Origin: Mobula hypostoma
Lineage: Eukaryota
Direction of reading: 5' to 3'
DNA: 64,000 nucleotides
NCBI RefSeq assembly: GCF_963921235.1
Contig: NC_086097.1
Span: 232,254,001-232,318,000, forward strand
Part shown: positions 37,201 to 48,119 of the stretch, piece after piece
Layout of the letters: each line of letters opens with the position of its first letter
Position numbering within the stretch: position 1 is the first letter of the stretch
Made by a program: the position numbers and the translations under genes
The notes under the pieces: model-generated
Told to the model about the DNA's origin: nothing
Database searches by the model: none
Seen by the model: the letters and a program-made list of their open reading frames with translations, nothing else

Positions 37201-37656
37201 AGCAACTCTTTCTGAACCTGACGACCTTGGGCTTCTGTACCTTCTGCTCGAAAGTAGTGGTGAGAAGAGGGCATGGCCTGGATGGTGGATGTATCAAGAT
37301 TTTCAAAATAGAGTAAGGGCTAGAGGTGAATTGATTGAAGAGTGGTCGATAGTGCAAAGAACTACAAGGTTATTTTCACAGGTCAGTAAACACTACTGGT
37401 GGGATCCCACACAGATCAGTACAGAGCTTTTAGCTTTTTACATTTTATATCAATGATGGAAGAAAAACAATCTAACTATTCATATCATTACACAACTGGA
37501 TTGACAAGTGAACTGTGAGAAAAAAACTAGAAGTCCACCGAGGAACATCGTTCAATAAGGAACACTAAGGAACGTATAAGGAACTAGAAGTCCACTGAGG
37601 AACATCATTCAATAAGGAACACTAAGGAACAACGTTCATTATGTGCCTTGTCGTAC

Positions 37657-38355
37657 CAATAGACAATAGGTGCAGGAGTAGGCCATTCAGCCCTTCGAGC
37701 CAGCATCACCATGCACTGTGATCATGGCTGATCATCCACAATCAGTATCCAGTTCCCGCCTTATCCCCATAACCTTTGATTCCGCTATCTTTAACAGCTC
37801 TATCCATCTCTTTCTTGAAAACATCCAGAGACTTGGCCTCCACTGCCTTTTGGGGCAGAGAATTCCACATAGCCACCACTCTCTGGGTGAAAAAGGTTTT
37901 CCTCAACTCCATTCTAAATGGCCTACCCCTTATTCTTAAACTGTGGCCTCTGGTTCTGGACTCACCCATCAGCCGGAACATGCTTCCTGCCTCCAGCGTG
38001 TCCAATCCCTTAATAATCTTATATGTTTCAATCAGATCCCCTCTCATCCTTCTAAATTACAGAGTATACAAGCCCAGTTGCTCCAATCTTTTGACATATG
38101 ACAGTCCCGCCATCCCGGGAATTAACCTTGTGAACCTAAGCTGCACTCCCTCAATAGCAAGAATGTCCTTTCTCAAATTTGGAGACCAAAACTGCACACA
38201 GTACTCCAGGTGTGGTCTCACCAGGGCCCTGTACAGCTGCAGAAGGACCTCTTTGCTCTTATACTCAATTCCCCTTGTTATGAAGGCCAGCATGCCATTA
38301 GCTGTCTTTACTGCCTGCTGTACCTGTATGCTTGCTTTCAGTGACTGATGTACAA
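37657..38355 (-). mobile_element. CR1 LINE 3' end
   Basis: RPHLEYCVQFWSPNLRKD, MRGDLIETYKII; (CAATAGA)n tail. Confidence 0.93.
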
Positions 38356-38359
38356 GATG

Positions 38360-38705
38360 TATCATCGGGGTGATCCTGGTCCTTCCATGTCCATGGATGT
38401 TATTGGCAAATTTTTCTTCAGAGGTGGTTTGCCATTGCCTTCTTCCATTCAATAACCTCAGCCATTATCAATACCTTTCAGAGATTGTCTGCCTGGCGTC
38501 AGTGGTCGCATACCCAGGGCTTTTAATATGCACCAGCAGCTTGCCCCTGCGGCACACGATGATGATTTGGTGGGGGGAGGGAGGGAGAGAGGGAGGTGGT
38601 GCTAAGTAGATACTATACCTTCCCAAGGGTGACCTGCAGATAGCGGAGGGAAAGAGCACCTTACGCCTCCTTTGGTAGAAACATATCTCCTCCCCGCCAC
38701 CCCAT
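38360..38705 (-). mobile_element. RTE/BovB-associated short element (copy 2)
   Basis: GTGGTTTGCCATTGCCTTC; 5' end GGGTGGCGGGGAGGAGATATG on minus strand. Confidence 0.65.
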
Positions 38706-39130
38706 CCAAGGAGCATAGCTAGGTTAAATAAGAGGACAAGAAGAGTATAGCTGAGGTGTTAATAAGTACTTAAGAAATAATAGCAATGGCAGAAGGTGGC
38801 CAGTCTTCTGCTGTAACTACATTATCCTGCCCCATCCTATATCCCTTGAATTTTCTATTGGTTGAAGATCTATTAGCTTCAGTTTTGAATGCAATCAATG
38901 ACTGGGTGCCATCCAGGGTGGCGAATTCCCAAAGTTCACCATCTTTAGAGTTCAGAGATGTTCTTTCAATTAGGAACTAAGTTGCTTGTCTCTTACTTTG
39001 AGACAAGCCCTTGGTCCTGGGCTTCACCTGAGGAAGCAACCTCCTGGTATACAAACTGTCAAGGCTTTTAAATGTAAGGTGATCATTTTGAAAGGAACAT
39101 CTTGAAAAAGACTAGAAGTTAGAATTCACT

Positions 39131-39135
<5 letters not shown>

Positions 39136-39162
<27 letters not shown>

Positions 39163-39180
39163 CTGAGAGAGAGAGAGAGA
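39136..39180. repeat. (TG)n(GA)n compound microsatellite
   Basis: Seen directly. Confidence 0.95.
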
Positions 39181-39610
39181 AATGGGCATTTTGCCCTAAT
39201 CCTAGATCAATGGTAATCAGTAAAAATGATAAACTTGGGCCACTTAATAAGTCACCTTGGCAGGTTTCCCCCTTTAGGGGTAGTAGAACCCAGCTTACAT
39301 GCTACTGGAGAGAAGCTCTTCATAGTATTAGGGCGAATCATAACATGGTGTCCCCGGTCTACAGAGGTTGCTTCTGAGATATGGGGTAATCAAGATGGAG
39401 AGCGGGGAGAATGTAGGAAAAGGGTTAAATAGGAAAGTGTGCTGTGATGGGTCAGCCCACACGTTGGAGCCCTCTGACTGAACCCCGCAACACGATCAGG
39501 TCACTACCACACCCTGCGTGGCCCGATCAGTGCTGTCTGTTTGAAAGCTGAGGTAACCCTGTATTTATAATAACCATCCCATATCATGTACTGTGTGATT
39601 CCTGACTTAC

Positions 39611-39634
39611 TGTGGGGTTTGCTCTTTGATAAAT
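39611..39634 (-). CDS. Candidate 24-nt microexon
   Basis: TGCTTGCAG|ATTTATCAAAGAGCAAACCCCACA|GTAAGT; frame-preserving and open in all frames. Confidence 0.3.
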
Positions 39635-39864
39635 CTGCAAGCATGCAGCAAGTATAAAAGATCACGAACGTTTGACCCAGTTTCAATCACAAGATGAGAA
39701 GCTTACATAGTCACGTTATTAGCACAAGCAAACAATACCAGGGTTATACTGAATCAGCAGTAAGCCCCTGGTTCAGCTTCCTAATAGGCAGGAAATGTGT
39801 GTAAAATAATCAGTAAATTGCTTTCTTATGCAGAGTTTGTGTACAAGTATCAGGCGCATTTTTT

Positions 39865-40280
39865 TCAATGGTTCAAAGGTTTAATATCAGAGGATGTATA
39901 CAGTATACAACCTGAAATCCTTTCTCTTTGCAGATATCCACGAAAAAGGAAGGAAAAAAAACCCAAAGAATGAATGACAGAAAACATTAGAACCCCGAAG
40001 CACTCCTCCCATGCAAACACAGCGTCAACCCTCCCCCACCATTTGTTCCAGCAGCTTCCACCACCCATCATGCAAGCAATAACAAAACCCCCAGAGACCA
40101 TGACCTAGAGTCCGTCAAAAACTACTGTCCATCCCACACTTCGTCATCTCAGCCAGGCCCTTTCTCTCACTCGCGAGGGAGACAGAGGTATCATTGCTGC
40201 CACTGCGAGAGGTAAGATAAGCAGCTCACTGTTTCGATGTTACAATCTGCCGTGTTGCGTGAACGAACTCCCTCAACTTG
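39865..40280 (-). repeat. Non-autonomous element with Rex-type 3' tail
   Basis: Minus-strand GATATTAAACCTTTGAACCATTGAA tail; GTATACTGTATACAT motif. Confidence 0.55.
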
Positions 40281-40774
40281 AGGACCAGCAGCCTCCAATC
40301 CAATTTCTAGGTTGCTGCACATTTTTTTTACAAAGTGTGAAACTAATAAATACTGGTAATCAGCAGGCAATTGACATGCAAGTCCATGAAATGGAGAAGT
40401 GCTGAGGAAACCAGAACTCTCGGTGGCTGGACAGTCAGCACCAGAGGTCAGGATTGAACCAAAATCAGTGGAACTGTGAAGAAACAAATCTACTAGTTGC
40501 ACGATGTCACCTCCAAGTTAATGTCTGAAACTTACAGCTATTTATGAATACCAAGGGAATTTACACAGGTATAATCATTGGGCAAGAGAGTGACAAGTAG
40601 TGTCAGTCCTAAACTTATTGAAGGTTGGAACAGACTTTAGAAGCTGAACAAATTATTCTTGCCTTTACTTCTTAACAATATTTTTGTAATAATCAGTGCT
40701 GATCCCAATCAATTCTGAAAAGAATTTTTGAGATTATAGTAGTTTTTGTGTTTGTACTACGTAATTATTGAAGA

Positions 40775-42478
40775 TATGGTTGGGCTGAGTTGTCCTCTGA
40801 TCTTGGCAATTTACTGGCTAAATTTTTGTCACCCTGTGAGGAGACATCCTCTGGGCACTGTTGATTATGGTGCGTCCTTCAAATGCCTGGCCTTTATATA
40901 ATTTTCAATCAGCTGATTGGGTGTAATTTTGGAAAGTCGATTGTGATGTGGGGAAGAAATCTCGTCGCTGATTGGTTGTGTGGCAAACTTAGTACGTTGT
41001 GATCTGGAATTTTGCCCACGTCGGTTCGTAAATAGGATCAAGGCCCATGTGCTTCTTACAGAATTTTTCACGGAAAATCATGCTTCTAGGAATTCCTTTG
41101 CATGCTGTGTGTTGGCTTGTGCCATGACTTTCACTGATGCACCAGTTGAATTTGTAAGCCCCTTGATCTTCATGAGTGGAGACTAGGGAGGGTTGCTCAT
41201 GCTGTTATACAGCCAGATGATGGTCATGGATCCTTGTGGATCATTTTCTCCCATCTTGGCCAATGTGATGCTTACTGCAGTCCCCACATTGGATTTTTAA
41301 AACCATATTGGTCTTGTCTAATAACTTAGTTCATTCTTTTGACCTGCAAGTACTCTCCTCAATGCTGCTATTGGCTTATGCATGATAGAATTCAATGTTC
41401 TTGGAGCAGTTGGGCTGTCATTTCCAAGATATTTCAAATGCATGGAAGGCAAACCGTTTGGTCGCTTCTTGGTTGGTGTGCTGTTGACCTCGAAAGCAAC
41501 TTTGTATGAAGCTCTGTGGGCATCCATTTAGTGTGAATACTTTAAAGAAATGTTTCTCCTCTTTATCTTCAAGTTCCACTGTGCTGCAGCAAGTCCCGCT
41601 TTTTGGAGTTTTGATACAGCTCATCTTGTGTGTATTTGGTGGCTTCTGTGATAATTTAGGACCTGATCTGCATGTGTTCCCTTATGAAGTTACCAAAGTG
41701 TCATCTGTGTTTCTACTGACAAACACGTCCAAGAATGCAAGCTTCACCTCAATCTCTGTTTCCATTGTGAACTTAATATTGTCGTATACATCGTTGATTC
41801 GTTTATAAGTTCTTTCAATTTTGCTGCATTTTACTATGACCCAAATTTTAGGAATTATAATTGGCAACACTACCTTTTGCATGATGGTCCTTATGAACCC
41901 GGAGATGAGCAAATCCATTGGTGTCCCTTTTAGCAGTTTGTAAAGCATGCTATTAAATTCAAAGTAGGAGCATAAGCAGAATTCTGCCAGTTTGCATATG
42001 CTATCTTTACTTAATCTCCCTTTGTTTGGTCTTTCTTTGGGGAGCAGTTCAACTACAACTTCTTTGGTTAGGCTAAGATCGAAGAAGGTGAACAGAGATG
42101 TGACGTCAAACAAGATCATTGTTTCATCCTCGTCTATGCAGATGTTGTTCAGTTTGTCCAAGAACTGTTGTACATTATTTATTGAGTATTCATTTCCTGC
42201 TATTAGATATTGAAGCCAATGCCACATATCCCACGCTAAGTTGTAGGTGGGGGATCCCAGTAATGGTATAATCGGGCATAGGTGTGTTCCTGTTTTATGG
42301 ACCTTGGGAAGGCTGTAGAATTGTGCAATGGTAGCATCATTTGCCTTCATTCTTCAACACTCGTCTTTCATGACTTGTTGCAGGCTCTGAAGCTGTTTCA
42401 ACTAACTGTGTATTTTGTTGGCTGGTCAGGTCACTCGTCTGAGTGCTACTGGTCCCATGTAACCCAGTACTACCTGTC
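40775..42478 (-). mobile_element. Penelope-like element, second lineage (Poseidon-like), decayed RT + GIY-YIG endonuclease
   Basis: FYSLPKVHK, GSPTYNLA, FDVTSLFT, GTPM, LAFLDV; frameshifted KIQCGDCSKHHIGQ...RIHDH at ~41220-41320. Confidence 0.88.
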
Positions 42479-42479
42479 G

Positions 42480-42850
42480 CATGGTCGGGTGGTCGGCGAC
42501 TAAACCGGCTCCCCTACCAGGCTTGCCTACTGAGGAGGGTGGCTAGACACCCTGCAGGACGAAAAACAAGACCGGTCAAAGGGCGGATGAACCCTCTCGT
42601 GGGGTCAACAGCCATCTAGCAAACACGTGCCGTGAAGCACAGAAAGGGCATCCCTTGCATCGAAGCTTGGTCTGGCCATTCACTGCAACAGAACTTTCCC
42701 CAGCTGTCCTGGACCCCACCATGCCACTGGATCCGGGAGGGGATGTCGAGAGGGTGGGTCTGGACCTGTGCAACCCCCTACTCACCTAAAATCCACTCAC
42801 GCACATGCTGTTCCTTTCTGTGGAACCATCATCATCCCATGGGATGGATA
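42480..42850 (+). repeat. RTE-like 5' UTR-derived repeat
   Basis: GC-rich stem-loops; TGCAACCCCCTACTCACCTAAAA motif; no ORF. Confidence 0.4.
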
Positions 42851-43081
42851 GCCAGAGAGATTTTGTTGGCTAACTTGGTACAAGCGCTTCATAGACAAAG
42901 CGGGAATCGAACGGCTATTGGTGATAGCTGACACTGCAACATGATTGCACGAAACACTGAGCAACTGTGCGTGCATCTCATCATGACCATGTGGAAATCC
43001 AGGTGTTCTACTTACCCCTCATGTTCCACATATCGTTAATGGGCTCCTCATTTCATCAACATATGGGAGAAGCAAAATAAT

Positions 43082-43382
43082 AATAATAGGCATCAATTAG
43101 TCTCATGAGACCATGGATTTGCGCCTTGGAAGGTTTCCAGGGCGCAGACCTGGGCAAGGTTATATGGAAGACTGGCAGTTGCCCATGCTGCAACTCTCCC
43201 CTCTCCACGCCACTGATGTTGTCCAAGGGAAGGGCATTAGGACCCATACAGCTTGGCACCGGTGTCGTCGCAGAGCAATGTGTGGTTAAGTGTCTTGTTC
43301 AAGGACACACATTGCCTCAGCCAAGGCTCGAACTAGTGACCTTCAGATCACTAGATGAACGCCTTAACCATTTGGCCACGCA
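43082..43382 (-). mobile_element. Full-length tRNA-headed SINE with CORE-like segment and 9-bp TSD
   Basis: GTGGCCAAATGGTTAAGG A box, GTTCGAGCC B box, GTGTCCTTGAACAAGACACTTAACC; (TAT)n tail; CAAAATAAT at 43073-43081 and 43383-43391. Confidence 0.85.
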
Positions 43383-43476
43383 CAAAATAATCAAAAGAAA
43401 ATTGATGGGAACATAACCCATCAATAAGTTCATAACCCAAGCAATAAGTTGTAGGGGCTGTGGCTGTAGACTCATT

Positions 43477-44499
43477 TTCAATGACTTTATTAACTTTGCC
43501 TCCAACTTTCACCCTGCCCTGAAGTTTACCTGGTCCATTTCCGACACCTCCCTCCCCTTTCTAGATCTTTCTGTCTCTGTCTCTGGAGACAGCTTATCCA
43601 CTGATGTCTACTATAAGCCTACTGACTCTCACAGCTATCTGGACTATTCCTCTTCTCACCCTGTCTCTTGCAAAAACGCCATCCCCTTCTCGCAATTCCT
43701 CCGTCTCTGCCGCATCTGCTCTCAGGATGAGGCTTTTCATTCTAGGACGAGGGAGATGTCTTCATTTTTTAAAGAAAGGGGCTTCCCTTCCTCCACTATC
43801 AACTCTGCTCTTAAACGCATCTCCCCCATTTCACGTACATCTGCTCTCACTCCATCTTCCCACCACCCCACTAGGAATAGGGTTCCCCTGGTCCTCACCT
43901 ACCACCCCACCAGCCTCCGGGTCCAACATATTATTCTCCGTAACTTCCGCCACCTCCAACGGGATCCCACCACTAAGCATATCTTTCCCTCCCCCCCTCT
44001 CTCTGCATTCCGCAGGGATCGCTCCCTACACAACTCCCTTGTCCATTCGTCCCCCCCATCCCTCCCCACTGATCTCCCTCCTGGCACTTATCCGTGTAAG
44101 CGGAACAAGTGCTACACATGCCCTTACACTTCCTCCCTTACCACCATTCAGGGCCCCAAACAGTCCTTCCAGGTGAGGCATCACTTCACCTGTGAGTCGA
44201 CTGGGGTGATATACTGCGTCCGGTGCTCCCGATGTGGCCTTTTATATATTGGTGAGACCCGACGCAGACTGGGAGACCGTTTTGCTGAACACCTACGCTC
44301 TGTCCGCCAGAGAAAGCAGGATCTCCCAGTGGCCACACATTTTAATTCCACATCCCATTCCCATTCTGACATGTCTATCCACGGCCTCCTCTACTGTAAA
44401 GATGAAGCCGCACTCAGGTTGGAGGAACAACACCTTATATTCCATTTGGGTAGCCTCCAACCTGATGGCATGAACATTGACTTCTCTAACTTCCGCTAG
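43477..44499 (+). CDS. Penelope RT C-terminus, Cys-rich linker and GIY-YIG endonuclease (partial)
   Basis: LPFLDL, YYKPTD, CKRNKCYTC, GVIYCVRCSRCGLLYIGETRRRLGDRFAEH, QPDGMN. Confidence 0.9.
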   Translation, partial: FNDFINFASNFHPALKFTWSISDTSLPFLDLSVSVSGDSLSTDVYYKPTDSHSYLDYSSSHPVSCKNAIPFSQFLRLCRICSQDEAFHSRTREMSSFFKERGFPSSTINSALKRISPISRTSALTPSSHHPTRNRVPLVLTYHPTSLRVQHIILRNFRHLQRDPTTKHIFPSPPLSAFRRDRSLHNSLVHSSPPSLPTDLPPGTYPCKRNKCYTCPYTSSLTTIQGPKQSFQVRHHFTCESTGVIYCVRCSRCGLLYIGETRRRLGDRFAEHLRSVRQRKQDLPVATHFNSTSHSHSDMSIHGLLYCKDEAALRLEEQHLIFHLGSLQPDGMNIDFSNFR

Positions 44500-44793
44500 G
44501 CCCCACCTCCCCCCTCGTACCCCATCTGTTACTCTTTTTTATGCACAGATTCTTTCTCTCACTCTCCTTTTTCTCCCTCTGTCCCTCTGAATATACCTCT
44601 TGCCCATCCTCTGGGTCACCCCCCCCCCCCCGTCTTTCTTCCCGGACCTCCTGTCCCATGATCCTCTCATATCCCTTTTGCCTATCACCTGTCCAGCTCT
44701 CGGCTCTATCCCTCCCCCTCCTGTCTTCTCCTATCATTTTGGATCTCCCCTCCCCCTCCCACTTTCAAATCCCTTACTCACTCTTCCTTCAGT

Positions 44794-44831
44794 TAGTCCT
44801 GACGAAGGGTCTCGGCCTGAAACGTCGACTG
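44794..44831 (+). ncRNA. Minimal type I hammerhead ribozyme
   Basis: UAGUC-CUGACGA-AGG(GUCUCGG)CCU-GAAA-C-GUC-GACUG: core boxes intact, stem I and stem II pair, loopless palindromic stem III (ACGU). Confidence 0.8.
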
Positions 44832-45283
44832 CACCTCTTCCTAGAGATGCTGCCTGGCCTGCTGCATTCACCAGCAACTTTGATGTGTGTTGCTTGAATT
44901 TGCAGCATCTGCAGAATTCCTGTTGTCTGTGTATTATTTGTTTACTTTTTTTAATTGTTTGCATGGTTTATTCTTTTTTTGCACATTGGATATTTGATGG
45001 ACTTTGTTGTGCGGCTTTTATTGTGTTTCTTTATTTTGTGGCCTCCTGCAAGAAGATGAACCACAGGGTTGTAGATGGTATACATACTTTGACAATAAAT
45101 GTACTTTGAATTTTGAACTTTGATGTGAGTATTTATTTTCAAGTGTTTATCTCTTGGAAATAAGAGTCAAATCTCTGTTCTGTCACTACCATCTCTTCAT
45201 GCTCAATACTTTATGGACCAGCACAATTGACCTACTTTTTGAGTTAGCCAGCATTTATAAAATGCCGTTATAGATATAGATAC

Positions 45284-45381
45284 CTTTTTATAAATTCAGT
45301 GAAATGGATACAAATTTGATCAAGCATCCAAAAAAAATGCATCTGTATTTGACACCCCATGAATCTAATGTTATCTCTTCT
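45284..45381 (-). CDS. Candidate 98-bp internal exon
   Basis: TTTGTTTCCCTGCGCCTCAG| acceptor, AAG|GTATCT donor, open frame RRDNIRFMGCQIQMHFFWMLDQICIHFTEFIK (phase 0 to 2). Confidence 0.35.
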
Positions 45382-45524
45382 CTGAGGCGCAGGGAAACAA
45401 ATCTGCTACATTGTTTTTTCTTAAATAGCAACACCTTGAATATATCCATGGAATATCCTTTACAAGACTCAAAAACTGGATACGTTTGAAATTTAATAAT
45501 AAGCAGCATGAAAAATAGCTTCCA

Positions 45525-45787
45525 ATCATCATCATTATCACCGTTGTATCAAGACAGGTAACCCCAGCCATTATCAACACTCTTCAGAGATTTTCTGCCT
45601 GGAGTCAGGGGTCATATAACCAGGACTCGTGATATGCACCAGCTACTCATATGGCCATTTACCACCTCCTCCCATGGCTTCACATGACCCTGATCAAGTG
45701 GGTGTGGGGGCTAGGCAGGTGCTACACCTTGGCCGAGGGTGACCTACAGGCTGGCAGAGGTAGAGACGTATCTCCACCTGCCACCCA
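45525..45787 (-). mobile_element. RTE/BovB-associated short element (copy 3)
   Basis: Homologous to the copies at 15232 and 38360; 5' end GGGTGGCAGGTGGAGATACG. Confidence 0.65.
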
Positions 45788-46049
45788 AACTACCAATATA
45801 CTTTCTAACTAAGGAAAAGTAAAATTGCTTATCAGAGAAGAAATGTAACTTCGTTTTCTGGCTTGGTTCCAAAAGATTTTCAAAGGCTTAGTGAATGCCA
45901 CACTTTAGCAGAGATGTTTTATTTCATTGGATTAACACATGAAACTGATGTTTTGTATTAATATGATAGAAATAACTAGGAACAAGAGTAAGCCATTCAT
46001 CAGGATCATGTCTGATCTTCCACTTCAGCACCACTTACCAGCATAACAT

Positions 46050-46176
46050 TTGTCCTGATGAAGGATCTCCAAACTGTTTATTCCTTTCCACAGATGCTGC
46101 CTGACCTGCTGTGTTCTTCCAGCATTTTGTCTGTATTACTCTGGATTTCCAGCCACTGCAGAATCTCTTGTGTTTG
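46050..46176 (+). repeat. Penelope terminus with partly deleted hammerhead
   Basis: GTCCTGATGAAGGATCTC...CAGATGCTGCCTGACCTGCTG...CAGCATTTTG. Confidence 0.7.
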
Positions 46177-46976
46177 TATCTGTTCATTCCATCAACGCCC
46201 AGAAATGTACCCATTTCTATTTTGATAGAATCCAAGACAGCTTCTATAGCTGTTCAAGATAGATAATTCCAAAGGAGGTTAAGAAGAATAGGATCACATA
46301 TGTACTGCCAGACTTCTGCCATATTTTAATTCCAGGCATATGCTTTACCTCTGATAGCAAAGCCCCATAAGCTCCTCATACTCCTTTGGAGGAAAGGATG
46401 ACTCAGATGAAAGTTAAAAGAAATGTCAACTTTAGTGACAGTGAGTGAGCAAGTAAATAAACCTCTTGGGATGGAGGAAACACAAGATTGAGGCCAGGAG
46501 TATAGGAGCCATGTATTCTGGCTGCACATTTATTACATGTATTGTGGTAACTAGTCATATCAGTGGGGACGTGGTAGAAGTGAAGGGGATAAGATGCATC
46601 CATTCTTATTTTGGGGCAGTTTGTAGCTTGGGACTGCAAAGGTCATATCTTTGTTGACCGCTGAGCTAGCACTCAATAATACTTAATTGTGAAGGTTCAG
46701 AACAGGGAATTGGAATCTTTGATGCAAACATTAGAGCTGTGAGCGTGTCACCCAACTAGAACAACTCCATGGGGGTCACAGGCTGGCAGCAATTGTTTTG
46801 TTTTGATTTTGGATCAATTTTCTGCTGCTACAAGGAGGGTGTGGTAGGGCAGATAAGCAGAAGAGTCAAGATGAGGCATCTGAGAATAGACAGAAGAAAT
46901 GCCAAAAATTTGAGTTATGAGAAGTATGAGAGAGATAGGAGAAAAATGCACAGTAGAATCAGAATCAGAATCAGGT

Positions 46977-48119
46977 TGTCATAGGGCAGTGACTGGGAAC
47001 GGACCCAAGTGCAAGACACAGACACTGAAGTGCTAGGGACAGGACTAGGATACAGGCTGAGGGCAAGGACATGGACACGAAAACCAGGAACCCGGAACAG
47101 GTCTGGACAAGAGAGCTAGGAGCCTTGGCTTGGACTCCAAGCCAGAAACTGGACAAGGACCCAGTACCTGGCTCTTGCCTCTGGCTCGGACCCCAGAACC
47201 AGGCAAGGACGAGGCTTGGCAGGCAGGCAGGATGAGGCTGGAGTCTTCAGGCTTGAGGCTCAGCAGGAGGCTGGAGCCTTCAGGCTGGAGGCTCGGCAGG
47301 AGGCTGGAGCCTTCAGGCTGGAGGCTCGGCAGGAGGCTGGAGCCTTCAGGCTGGAGGCTCGGCAGGAGGCTGGAGCCTTCAGGCTGGAGGCTCGGCAGGA
47401 GGCTGGAGCCTTCAGGCTGGAGGCTCGGCAGGAGGCTGGAGCCTTCAGGCTGGAGGCTCGGCAGGAGGTTGGAGCCTTCAGGCTTGAGGCTCGGCAGGAG
47501 GCTGGAGCCTTCAGGCTTGAGGCTAGGCAGGCTCCTCCTGGACAGGGCGCAGTTCTCCTGGGCAGGGTGCGGATCACCGCCCGACGGAGGCAAGGGACAG
47601 GAAGGGACAGAACCAACCGCAGTTAACGGCAAGATGGCCTGGCTTACCTGGGCGGAGGCAAGGGACAGGAAGGGAGCTAGGTACAGGGTGGCTCCAGGAC
47701 AAGACTGCAGGCGAGATGAGGCGAGAGTTACCAGCAAGACAAGGCAAGGCTTCAGGCAATGCAAGGGGAGACGAGAACTTCAGGTAAGGCGAGAGTTATT
47801 GGCAAGGCAAGGCAAGGCTTCTGGCAAAGCAAGGCGAGATGAGAACTTCAGGCGAGGCGAGAGTTACCAGCAAGACAAGGCAGGGCTTCAGGTGAGGAAA
47901 CAGGAGGCAGAGGAAGGGATACAAGGAGTAAGGACAAGAACAATCTAGCAGCCACGCCCTGGTCTCTGAAGGTATTTATGCAGCCAGCCCCAATGAGCAT
48001 CAGCTGCCTCAATTAGAGCTCAACGAGAACAGAAACAGAGTAGACAGGAAAACCTGGAGCAAGGGCCAATTTACTGGACCATGAACCAGAATACGGACTT
48101 CACGGACTGGACCATGACA
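46977..48119 (-). repeat. Solo LTR (Gypsy-type, 1143 bp) with 5-bp TSD
   Basis: TGTCAT...ATGACA termini; CAGGT at 46972-46976 and 48120-48124; GCACTTGGG near the 3' end as in the LTR at 4904-5330. Confidence 0.88.
47227..47530. repeat. 33-bp GC-rich minisatellite, ~9 units
   Basis: GCAGGAGGCTGGAGCCTTCAGGCTGGAGGCTCG repeated head to tail without spacers. Confidence 0.95.

Larger units (their letters stand above)
43477..44929 (+). mobile_element. Penelope-like element (Neptune-like), 5'-truncated, young
   Basis: Uninterrupted partial ORF, CT-rich tract, hammerhead motif, terminal hairpin. Confidence 0.93.

Noticed and set aside
42530..42564. CUGAGGA-GGGUG/CACCC...GAAA as a hammerhead
   Set aside because: Eight extra bases separate stem II from GAAA, and no stem I/III or NUH site could be assigned
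43300..43382. tRNA gene (also considered at 8832, 18314 and 50850)
   Set aside because: A and B boxes are SINE heads followed by SINE bodies and tails; no complete cloverleaf with terminator
47227..47530. CRISPR-like array (33-bp repeats)
   Set aside because: Units are head to tail with no unique spacers, there are no cas genes, and it lies within a eukaryotic LTR; it is a minisatellite
47045..47948. 272-aa and 239-aa repetitive ORFs as novel proteins
   Set aside because: By-product of a stop-free 33-bp GC-rich repeat inside a solo LTR
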